A DNA stretch of 64,000 nt from Octopus bimaculoides (taxonomy: Eukaryota). Location: positions 66,969,072-67,033,071 of the forward strand of contig NC_068982.1 of NCBI RefSeq assembly GCF_001194135.2. The letters run 5' to 3'. Each line of letters starts with the position of its first letter. The stretch's first letter is position 1. Positions 38,161 to 50,092 of this stretch are shown here, piece by piece. The notes beneath the pieces are model-generated. The model was given only the letters and a program-made list of their open reading frames with translations, made no database searches and had not been told where the DNA came from. The position numbers and the translations under genes are program-made.

Positions 38161-39264
38161 AAGTGGCCTTGGCACATTTATCAATTTTGTGGCAGTGGTA
38201 TTAGTAGTAGTAGTAGTAGTAGTAGTAGTCAACTAGTAGACCATTTAACCAAGTAAGTAATCAATTGTTTGATTAAACATTTAGCCAATCAATCAATCAG
38301 CTAAGTACGTCAAAGTCTTCTCATTACTTTTCATGACCTCATCAGTGACTGCTTCAGACTTGATGCAGAAAGGGCATGTCATTGACAAGGTCGTGAATAG
38401 CAGTAAAAGAACTTCAACAAACCTAACTGACAGACAAGTTAATCAAACAATCTATAGATCAATTGGTCAACTAGCTGACTAATAAAAGAAGTGAAATATA
38501 ACCAGTGCAGTTTTATTATTGGCAAAATGACGCTCCCAAGATACAACTAAATTTAATCATAGGTATGTTCAATTACTAGCAACTTAGCGCTAAATACCAA
38601 CACTACAGACAACTTTAGTAGAGTTCACTTCATTGGTCAGCAGTCAGATCAGATTTCTGCTTCTATCTTCAAGCCTACATTTTTCTGCAGAGTTGTCACC
38701 TTGTAATCCACAAGAGTTACAAGATGATCTCACATGTGCTAATGCCATGAAAAAAAGATGCCCAGTACACTCTGCAAAATGATTGGCATAAGAAATGGCA
38801 TCCAACTACAGAAGATATATCAAAAATGAGACATTAGAGCAAACCAGCATGGAAAACAAATGTATGATGACTATAATGATGATGATGTCGACAACAACAA
38901 CAATGACAATGATGAGTCAGGCTTAGACAGCAGCCACATCAATCTCTCTTGTCTGGGACGCCTTGTAAACATCAAAACACCTATTCATCTGACATTGAAT
39001 AACTTATATATTAAGAATCTATCTAAAAAAGACAGGAAAAGAAAACTTTCATCTCAATCCAGTCTGATTACCATCCTATCAACTGCCTCAAACAAATATT
39101 TTACCGTCTTCTCAGCCAGTTTTATTAAAAGTTTACATCGCTGATTTTCTTTCTGACAAACATCTAAAATTAAAATCTTAAAATAGATCCATTGGACACA
39201 GAGGAAAGAGAACTGGGAAACTAACTGGAAATTAAAGACATTATATAATATTGATATTGTTGTA

Positions 39265-39690
39265 TAGCCCCAGGTCGGCTATGGACAAATACACCTAGGA
39301 TGAAAGGCACTCCAGCCATGACAATCCTGTCTTTTATGAGGTATAGTGAATCAAGTATTATATCATTTAATGTGTCCTTTTACATGACAGTATGTCCTTA
39401 TAAAAAGGACACACATATGAGGGAGACTTGGCTGCTACTTTTAGCAAGATGAGCGACCATGAGGAGACTCTCTTACTGACTTGGTTAGATAATGTTGTTT
39501 TCGATCTTCAGGTTAACCATGATCAAAGGCATTCCAGCCTTGACCATCCATCTGTTTGCCATGTTTAGGGAAGACACAACCACATCATCCAAAGGGACCA
39601 TTTCTGACATGGTTGGGTGTGAATTGAGGAAATTTTGAGTGCTGTTTCAAGCAGGTCAAGTAATAAACTAGAGGCTGCTTTGTTAGCCCA
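39265..39690. mobile_element. Family F dispersed repeat, tandem pair
   Basis: tagccccaggtc...gatcaaaggcattccagccatgacc...gagggagatttggctgctatttctagcaggt. Also at ~7990-8175, 13040-13400, 18530-18630, 29880-30220, 45770-45930, 51690-51770, often next to (TTG)n. Class unresolved. Confidence 0.65.
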
Positions 39691-40142
39691 GTTACATAAT
39701 GTATGCAAGAGAGTTAGGTGACATTACAGGTATGGACATGTGATGCAGCTGAACGACCTCTAATAGATGAAAATAAAACATGTCATGCTAACAATGGTAG
39801 GTTGCTATTGAAGGGTAAGACAAAGAAATGTATGAGAAATGGTGTTAATTGGATCTCAGGACACTGTTATTCTGATTCATGACATTTTGGACAGCTTGTT
39901 CTTTGACAGAGATTATAAATCAACAGTTAAAAATACTATTAATGTCTAGATAAGCTTCCTGCCTGAATTTACTGTATCTACTCATGTATAAATCACACTA
40001 TGTTGTAACTGATTTTAACTAAGAAAAATTAGGGTGTGACTAATACACAGGGCAAAACTAAAACTATGAAGGGGGAAAAAAATTTGTACCAACATTTAAC
40101 ATTAAATTAGAGGTGCAACTTATACACAAACAAAGATGGTAA

Positions 40143-40363
40143 CCGTTATGCTACCATATTTCTGGTGAAATACACTGCCTTTGTTTCAATTAATTTTGAA
40201 AATGATGGAGAATTTAACAAAATAACTTGTTCGTTTTAAGCTGGTGTTCGGAATACAAATTAACATTGAATTTTTATGGAAGGTTTTAATTTAGATCACT
40301 TTAAAACAGGAAGTTTGTATTGTAGAGCCAAGGGTGGTCTTAGGCAGGTTGGTATCAAAAGGG
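40143..40363. mobile_element. Second piggyBac-type MITE family, 221 bp
   Basis: Right end ggtatcaaaaggg|ttaa and degenerate left end gtaa|ccgttatgctacc. Related fragments at ~47495-47590 and 50095-50181. Confidence 0.65.
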
Positions 40364-41646
40364 TTAATGAATTCAACCATTAATTGAATTTATTACTATC
40401 AGTGTATTACTGGTACATCTCAACTGGAGAAGAATGAAACGTTAAATCATTCAAAAGTAGTTTCCACACTCAAGCAATGAGATGCCATGAGTACAATATG
40501 TTATCAATGAACCAATATCACATAATGTAATCTTCTAAGACAAGGAACATCTGTTAATTACACATTTAAATGGAAATGCAGATGAATGTGCAAATATTTC
40601 TGAATATAATTAAAGCAAGGAGCTTATAACTAATTCCTTTATCTTGCTAGCTGTGTGAAGATTTATTTTTAAAATCACAGAAAAGAACTGAGAGAAAATA
40701 CAAAAATGAAATTTAAAAAAAAAAAACATAAAAGAAAAAGATTTAAAAACAAAAAAAATGTTCAATTGATAGGAAGTGAGAGCTTGCAAAAAGAATTTAA
40801 AGAAAAAAGATCTTATCAAGTTACAGGTTTAAAACCTATAATTTTTGTTGACAGAAGGCAATAACTTTTGAATACTACTGAAAGATTTGTTTATTTCTAA
40901 TAAATAAAACAGAATGGGAAATGTTAAGAAGAAAGACAAAACTGTTGTTTGTAATTGTAATGTTTGAGACATTGATGAGGTAGCATTAAAAAAATATAAT
41001 GATTGTGATAGCATAAGATAAAATGTTGGATTAGTAATTGAGAAAATGATGCTTACAGTACAGTGAAAACAAACAATAATGTTTAATATAATGTTATAGG
41101 TGTGGTAGGGATGGCATTGGAAAATAACAGGATATAATAACTGTGAGTTTAAGAATGATTTGTTGGCAGCAGCAGAAAAAAAATAAACTTTAAAAAAATA
41201 ACAAAAAGATTAAAAAATGGCAGATGTTTGCAGAAATAGAATATTATTAGAAGAATGTTGTATTTTGATGGTGGCACCAAGCCTGAAACTTATAAGTGAT
41301 GTGATGGAGGTGAAGACAAGAGAATATTGAAACCACAATTGGACCTGTTTTCTTTATTACTCTAAATGGAAAACAGTGGGATCAATATTTCCATAAAGAA
41401 ATTAAAAAAAAAAAAAACATTAATAAAAGTTACCCAGTAGATGTGATTCATTACACACACTTTAAAAATAGAAGCAGAATTATCCCCACACTCCATTTCT
41501 CTAAATTTCTTGAATTTTTTTTTTTCTTTTTGCTAAATTCTTAAAATTTTTTTGTTAAATTCTTTGAACTTTGATGAATTCCTTGAATTTCTCTGATAAG
41601 ATCTCATTAGCAAGTAAACTTTATCTGTTCTTCATTAAAAGATTGT

Positions 41647-42025
41647 ATTTCAAACCATGAATTAAAAACCTCTTTCTGAACCAACATATTTCAGACCATA
41701 GCTAGAAAAACATTTGCTGAGCAGCTGTTATTTCAAACCTTGATCTATAAAACCACTTTACTAAATCAGAGCATTTCAGACTAAAACTCAGAAACTATTT
41801 TGCTGAGCTGTAATATTTCACACCACTGAATACAAAGCAATATCCAAAGCAATATCCAAAAACCACTTTGCTGAACTACTATACTTCAGACCATGAACTA
41901 TAAACCACTGTATTGGAACTCTATACTTAAGACTTAGCTACTGCTTCTAGTTCTGAGACCTAACTACTACTTCCAGTCATAACCAGACCTAAGTACTGCT
42001 TCCATTTATGACCAGACCTAATTAA
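41647..42025. repeat. Degenerate ~41-bp minisatellite grading into a ~29-bp repeat
   Basis: About 6 units starting atttca(a/g)acca...aaacc/aaac-tttgctga, then gacctaa-tactgcttcca-t-atgacca x3. Confidence 0.7.
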
Positions 42026-45000
42026 CCCCCATACATGTTACCCTAACAAACCATTGATACAGATGCAATCAACTTTCTATCTATATACCTTAACATCCAT
42101 TCTCTTCATTGATCATAAACTTGGTGCTTCAAAGTTCCCTTAGGCTAATGAATTGAATGTGTGATAAACACACATTCATCTGAAAGGTGAAGCTGTTCTC
42201 CAATGACAAAATACAACAAAGATTAGCATATTTACATATGAATTTGCTGAAATATATTAAGAATGAATATGTAAGACATTGTAAAAATACAGAATCATAT
42301 GATTAATCCTACAACTAACCCTTTAGTCTTGTCGAGGACAAGATAACCACCCAGATGCTGGAGCTATGATAGTATGCATCAAGTTCCCACTGTGAAGTGG
42401 TTGGTTATAGAAAGGAAGTACAGCCTTCCATAGAAGCCAAGCCCAAAACAGTAGAAACCAGACCAAAAATGATACAAACCAAGCCGAAACTACAATGTTT
42501 GTATTAGATGTGGTCTTCTGAGTCAGCTAGAAAGGTAGTAACTGTGAATAAAAAGTAACACAGACTATAATGACCCATATAACTTACAAGACATGGAAAG
42601 TTAACATAAAATGATGAAGAAGATGAAGATGATGGTAACTAACCCATGCAAACTTTACTGTATCACCCCTACACAAAGGCTTTTATTTAATGCTTTCAAA
42701 TAAATTAGGATAAGAAAATAACATAACTAGTTTTGTGAGAAATGCCATTGTTTTATTACATAATGTCATATCAATATGCATTTAATCTCCTTGTAAAATT
42801 ATGGCCCCCAGGAAAGCCAGTCTGACAGACTATGATAAGGATTAAACTGACTGGCTTCATTGTTACTTCACAACTCATCCAGATCCATGTAGTTTAGTTG
42901 GTATTGTAGTTATTATAAAAACAAGATTTACCTCCCTGTATAGTACTATTCAAATGGATATCACAGAAGAACACTTACTATTAGAAATATAAAACTGTTG
43001 TCCAGTTTGTTATCTTGCTACTACAAGAACAGAACCTAACGAGGAAGTACTTTTATGTCCACAAGTTTAGAAAACCATGTTAAATAGCTTCTGAATATTT
43101 TGTTATTAATTATGTCCCACATTTCAAACATAATGTTTATTTATAGACATAAAGTATTGTGTGCATTGGCATGTTTATGTGTATTGGTGTGTTTGAGCAT
43201 GCATCTGTGTGAAAAAAAAATAAAAAGAGAAAAACATGTGCACACATACATATATACATACATACACACATACATGCACATACACACACACACACACACA
43301 TATATATACATACACATACATACAAGCAAACAAACACATATTCATGAACAGCCAATACTAAAAGCTGTAAACCATTTGGATGAATTATGCACACATGTTC
43401 AAATTTATAATTTTAAAAATATTTAAAAAGGAGAGAGAAAATCCTCTTTATATCATACACAACATTTTTTTTTTTTTTTTTTTTTTTACAAATTTAAAGA
43501 GTGCCCCTGTGTATGTCCACTTAGAATTAAACTTGTTGACTGACTAAGGTGCTACAGTTAGGCAAACAAACAAGTTAAATCGCTCTACCATATACATTAC
43601 ACTATCTCATCTTACTCTGTCTATTGTTAAATACTTGTTTTATATTGGGACAGCTATCTACTTATTTCTAGTACACATGAATATATCTAGTATTGCTGAC
43701 CAACAGAACCTTGATACAAGAACTTAACATTGGAATATTTCAAATATTTCTAGCAGAAACAAATGAATGAATGAAAACACACACACACCCACACATACCA
43801 AAACACGCACACACACACACACATGATGGTTGTAATTTGATCCTAAGCAATGTCATCACTTGCCTGTTCTCCTAAAGCAGTACCCATGTGGCAATGATGG
43901 GTGCCACATTTTCAGAGAGTTACCCCACCCACACATACACTTTCATTCCATCATTGAGTGTTTTGCATTTTATGACTATGGCCAGCCATAGTATGCAACA
44001 CATAACAGATGTTAAAAAAAAAAAAGCAATACCTGAGCCTGAAACTTTTCAAAATAAGGTAAGGCCCACTCTCTAAACAATGCAAGAATTTTCCCAAAAA
44101 GACAAACTAGGCGACAACATTAGATGCAAACAAAGTTGTAAGTGTTAGATCAGAATTTTCCTTCTTTTCAAGAGATATTTAAACAAAGACAAGGCATCTC
44201 TGACTTGCAGCTGTTGGATGGTTGTTGAGACTACTGAGTTCATCAATCCTTTGATAGGTTTTGTCTTTTGTCTTGTCCTACAAAAACCAATCTCCTTGCC
44301 AAGCAGGCTGTACTGGGTTATATGTTACAGTAGCACTGACAATGACCCGACAGTACTCATCATCATCATCATTGTTAAACAACCTCCTTCAATACTAGTA
44401 TGGGTTGAACAGGTTGACAGGAGCTGGCCAGGCAGGAGCCTGTGCCATGTTGCTGTGTCTGTTTTGGCATGGTTTTTTTTTACGGTTAGATACCCTTTCT
44501 AACACCAACCACTCCGCTGAGTGAGCTGGGTGCTTTTTACGCGGCACTCACACAGGTGAAGTCAGTTTTGGCATGGTTTTCTGCTGCTGGATGTCCTTCT
44601 TAATGCCAACCACTTTACAGTGTGGACTGGGTGCTTTTTAAGTGACACCTGCACTGGCAGGATCACCAAATAACTTTGCAAATTATATATATACATATAA
44701 ACTTGTATAATGAGGGCACATAGCTTAGTAGTGAGGGAGTTAAATTCCTCGACTGGGTGGTGCATTGTGTTCTTAAGTAAAACACTTCATCTCATGTTGC
44801 TCTGTGATCACTTCAAAGCCTGATGCATGGTACACAGTGCACCTGTACAGACAATGTTGATTTGATGGAGACAGTGATATGAAGTACAAACATTTGATCA
44901 TCATCATCATCATTTAACGTCCACCTTCCATGGGTGGGACACTATAAACAAATAATTTGTGCATCTCTAAAAATCATGCCAAAAGTAATCTTACCTGAGC

Positions 45001-47977
45001 TAGTACCATGTAAAAAGCACTGAGTTCACTCTGCAGAGAGGTTGGTGTTAGGAAGAGCATCCAGCCATAAAAACCCTGCTAAAACTGTAACCTAGAGTTG
45101 TTTTCTACTTGGCTGGCTCCTGTCAAACATCCTACCCATGAATGCACGGAAGACATGTTAAAAGATGATGATGATGATGATATATATATATATATATATA
45201 TATATATGGATACATGATGACAAGTGTACATTCTGGCACCTTGTCACCACCATATTTGCCTCTCTTTCAGCACACTCCGTCCACCTCATCTAAAATGCAA
45301 GGTAGCCACAACTCTCCACAACAGTAAACATGTTCCTGCTCCCCACATCATACCTTTCAACATCCTACTTGAAGCAACCACTCTATCTTCTATCCCCCTT
45401 TCAGTCAAAAGGTCTCTTTAGTCTTGCAGGTTACAAGGAGACTTCATTTGTGTTGGTGCCAATAAAAAAAAAAGCACCCAGTACACTCTGTAAAATGGTT
45501 GGTGTGTTAGAAAGCACATCCAGCCACAGACACCATGCCAAAACCCAGACACTGGAACAAGATGTTGTCCTTTGGCTCAATGGATCCTGTCAAAATGTCT
45601 AATTCATGCCAGCATGAAAAACAGATGTAATGATGATAATGATGGTGGTGATGATGATCCATATGTATTGCATGTTCAGTATTTTTACTAAAATAAACAA
45701 TTTATGAGTGCTAAAAGTGAAAAACCTGCTGTTGGTATTGTTCAGTTCTATGTAGCACAAATGAAGTAGACATATGATCAAAGCAGTCCAGGCATGACCA
45801 TCACGTTTACTTGCATATACACTGTCCTATACTGTCCAATATATTCTTTTTGTCTTTTGCAGTACAGTTTGAGTTGAGGAAAATTTAGCTGCTCTTTCTA
45901 GCAGGTTGAGTGACTCACACAGAGGTTCAATCATTTTGTTGTGGCTTGTGAGAGAAAATTAGAATATTTCAACAATTATTGATGATAACCATCTAAAAAT
46001 CTATCTAAAAATCGTATCCTGTTACTCGTCAGTGTTATTGGTATTTGGTGCCTGATGTTACACTTAAAGCAGTCACAGAGCAAGAAGAATAACAGGAAGA
46101 GAATAAATTGGTGGTGAAGGGTCAAATGAACTGGAAATTACCATGTAGTTTGCGGGTTTAACAAAACCAAAATCCTCTCACATGAAAATCAATAACCTAG
46201 AACATTTCCAAGATCTCTTGCAGAAGTTGACATTTAAGATTATAGAAATTAATTTGTTTAGTAGCACCATCTTGCAAGTAAATTAAATTTGGTCAAAAGT
46301 TGTACACAAGCTTCACTTCATTTTAAAGATACTTTCTTTTCTATTTTACAACCATTCTTCAATGCTCAGGTGGGATTGTTCTTCAATTTCTGATTAATTT
46401 TGAATCATCATCATTATTATTATTATTACATAGTTTTCTTTTTAAATTTTTATTGAAAGTGTTAGTCAGATGGAAGCAATTAATTTATTGAATTTCATTC
46501 AAAAGGCCATGTCTGTTATTCAAAGGAAGTGAAAACAAGAGCAATACTTCATTCATCAGAATCTGAAGCTCTCAAGAGCAGGAATTTTAGTATGACATAG
46601 CCTTGAAAGACAAAAGAAATCAACTAACTAAAGCAAATCACTTGACTGTTAGAAGCGTTTGGGGCTTTAGGCAAATGTGAATCTGAAGTGATAATATCTT
46701 GACATAAAACTGACTAGCAAGAAATAGGTTAGCAGCTAAAGGAACTGAGACAGTTTGTCATGATTTCCATTTGGTAACAGAGAAGTGTAGACACTTATTG
46801 ATTAAGAGAGTTAAAACAGGTTCAAGCTATGTCTTTAGGTTAGGCATATTAGCTTATCTGCTTAGCTTAACTGAAAACAAGATGATTTAGATCCAAGTGA
46901 GTTGAGGCATACATTTTAGATGAAAAACTGTGAAATAGTTATTTAACATTTTTGCTACCCTATAACAGGTACAGGCATGGTTGTGAGGTTAAGGAGCATG
47001 TTTCCCAACCATGTCATCTCTGGTTCAGTTCTACCACATGGCATCTTGGGCAAATGTTTTCTATTTTAGCCTTGGACTGACCAAATGAACTTGGTAGACA
47101 GAAACTGGAAAAAGCCCTTTGTGTATACATGTGTGTGTATATGTGTGTGTGTGTTTATGTGAGTACATGTGTGAGCATATATATGTGAGTGTGTGCGCAT
47201 GTACCCATGTTTTGATATCATGTAATGGTTGTAAATGAGAACCATCAAGATACGAACAAGGTTGTTTGTGTCCAGTCTTCCATGAAAAAACATCTGGTCA
47301 TGCGGAAATATTACTTAACCTGGAAACAGGTGAGGGTGGGCAACAGGAAGAACAACCGGCCATAGAAAATATGCCTTAACAAAATTCCATCTGACCCATG
47401 TAAGCATGCAAAACTAGATAATAAAAATGATGATGATGATGACTGAAATTTGTTGCAATTGCTTCAATTAATATTCTAAATAATGAAGTATTTACTAAAA
47501 TACCTTTATCATTATTAAAGTTGGTGTTTTCCATGGCATAAAATTAACATGAAAGTATAATGGAAGGTTTTTAATTCAGATAATTAAGAAAGCAAAGGTT
47601 TGTTTCAAAGCAAACAGTTTTGGATGGCTGAGCTTGGTGTGAAAAAGATTAATAGATTCAATTTCAAGTATTAATACACTATTCTTGTTCGTACCCAGTA
47701 AATAAATTAACTATTTGCAGTTTATTACAATTTGCCAGAGATGTTCATAACATTCTAAATGTTATTATTAAACAGTTCAAACTTAAAATATTGTTTGCTA
47801 AGTGAACTGCAATCAAGCCAAACCACCATGATTCATGTTATATTGTTGTAGCAAGAGGAAGTCAATGTGGAGATAAGGCCTGTAAATTGGAATTTACATT
47901 TCTGCCACATAAAGTCAAGTGGTTTAACAGCATTATACATTACAAGTTTACTGAAGGTGAAACTGCATTTTATAGTA

Positions 47978-48011
<34 letters not shown>

Positions 48012-48012
<1 letters not shown>

Positions 48013-48209
48013 CATCATCATCATCATTTGACATCTACTTTCCATGCTAGCATGGGTTGGACGATTTGACTGGGGACTGGTGAAGCAGATGGCTACACCA
48101 GACTTCAATCTGATTTGGCAGAGTTTCTACAGCTAGATGCCCTTCCTAACACCAACCAATCTGAGAGTGTAGTGGGTGCTTTTTACATGCCACTGGCACG
48201 AGAGCCAGT
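48012..48209 (-). mobile_element. Family A copy cut by an assembly gap
   Basis: (cat)n-ttgacatctactttccatgctagcatgggttggacg...gatgcccttcctaacaccaacc. Confidence 0.85.
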
Positions 48210-48636
48210 NNNNNNNNNNNNNNNNNNNNNNNNNNNNNNNNNNNNNNNNNNNNNNNNNNNNNNNNNNNNNNNNNNNNNNNNNNNNNNNNNNNNNNNNNNN
48301 NNNNNNNNNNNNNNNNNNNNNNNNNNNNNNNNNNNNNNNNNNNNNNNNNNNNNNNNNNNNNNNNNNNNNNNNNNNNNNNNNNNNNNNNNNNNNNNNNNNN
48401 NNNNNNNNNNNNNNNNNNNNNNNNNNNNNNNNNNNNNNNNNNNNNNNNNNNNNNNNNNNNNNNNNNNNNNNNNNNNNNNNNNNNNNNNNNNNNNNNNNNN
48501 NNNNNNNNNNNNNNNNNNNNNNNNNNNNNNNNNNNNNNNNNNNNNNNNNNNNNNNNNNNNNNNNNNNNNNNNNNNNNNNNNNNNNNNNNNNNNNNNNNNN
48601 NNNNNNNNNNNNNNNNNNNNNNNNNNNNNNNNNNNN

Positions 48637-48691
<55 letters not shown>

Positions 48692-49403
48692 AAGAAAGAG
48701 AGATAATTGCAGAGAATAAAATTATAATTAAAGGCACAGAAACTACCATGCTTATATGCTAGAAGTAGATGCCAAATACATCCAGCCACTATATGTTTCA
48801 CTTCAAAAATACACAGGTTGAAAAGCATATAGGCATGGTAGTATAGATGGAAGACCACACTATCCTTCTATAATGTAGCAAACTCTAGTGAACTTCCTCT
48901 CTCTATTATATATACATACATATGAACGTAGTAAGTAACAGGTAACCTTTGGGCACTGTTTTGGATCCTGTTGTGTCTATCACTCTGATTGGTTGGTACT
49001 GGTGCAATTTGTCTTTTACTCTATCGTGTGCCAATATGCAACCCAACCATTTGCAGCCTCCAAATAAATCATGAGACAGTCTGTTCTAAGCTACATTTGA
49101 GCCTACTGTTAGCTATAAAGACTCACCTCTTCTTAGTCTTGGAATCTGTTGGTTCCAGACCTTCTAAGGTCTAACCACTGACCACATTACAGTGACCTCT
49201 ATCTTCATCACCACCATCATGTCTCTCACCAATGTTATCAACAACATCTTCACACAGCACCAACACACTGCACAGGTTCTAACATATCGCTGTTCGTGAG
49301 CTTCCTCACCAGGATTAACAGCTAACATACAACCCATGCAGATGCATGTAGATATATGAATAAATGTCCATCAACCACTTCCATTTACCATTCAGCTTGT
49401 ATG

Positions 49404-49462
<59 letters not shown>

Positions 49463-49768
49463 NNNNNNNNNNNNNNNNNNNNNNNNNNNNNNNNNNNNNN
49501 NNNNNNNNNNNNNNNNNNNNNNNNNNNNNNNNNNNNNNNNNNNNNNNNNNNNNNNNNNNNNNNNNNNNNNNNNNNNNNNNNNNNNNNNNNNNNNNNNNNN
49601 NNNNNNNNNNNNNNNNNNNNNNNNNNNNNNNNNNNNNNNNNNNNNNNNNNNNNNNNNNNNNNNNNNNNNNNNNNNNNNNNNNNNNNNNNNNNNNNNNNNN
49701 NNNNNNNNNNNNNNNNNNNNNNNNNNNNNNNNNNNNNNNNNNNNNNNNNNNNNNNNNNNNNNNNNNNN

Positions 49769-50092
49769 GGCAGCTTGGGCAAATGTCTTCTACTATAGCC
49801 TCGGGCTGACCAAAGCCTTGTGAGTGGATTTGGTAGACGGAAACTGAAAGAAGCTTGTTGTATATATCTATATGTATATATATATGTGTGTTTGTGTTTG
49901 TCCCCCAACATCGCTTGACAACCGATGCTGGTGTGCTTACGTCTCTGTAACTTAGCTGTTCATCAAAAAAGACCGATAGAATAAGTACTAGGCTTACAAA
50001 GAATAAGTCCTGGGGTTGATTTGCTCGACTAAAGGTGGTGCTCCAGCATGGCCACAGTCAAATGACTGAAACAAGTAAAAGAGCAAAGAGCA
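49769..50092 (+). mobile_element. Family E composite SINE, young copy, 5' end in gap
   Basis: cttgggcaaatgtcttctactatagcctcgggc...(TA/TG)n...aataagtactaggcttacaaagaataagtcctggggt...ctccagcatggccacagtcaaatgactgaaacaagtaaaaga. Confidence 0.85.

Noticed and set aside
42150-42178. Hairpin tgaatgtgtg-ataaa-cacacattca
   Set aside because: A 10-bp stem built partly from a TG/CA repeat; expected by chance.
44110-44320. 59-codon minus frame ...IQQLQVRDALSLFKYLLKRRKILI*
   Set aside because: No usable donor, no recognised homology, and length within chance expectation.
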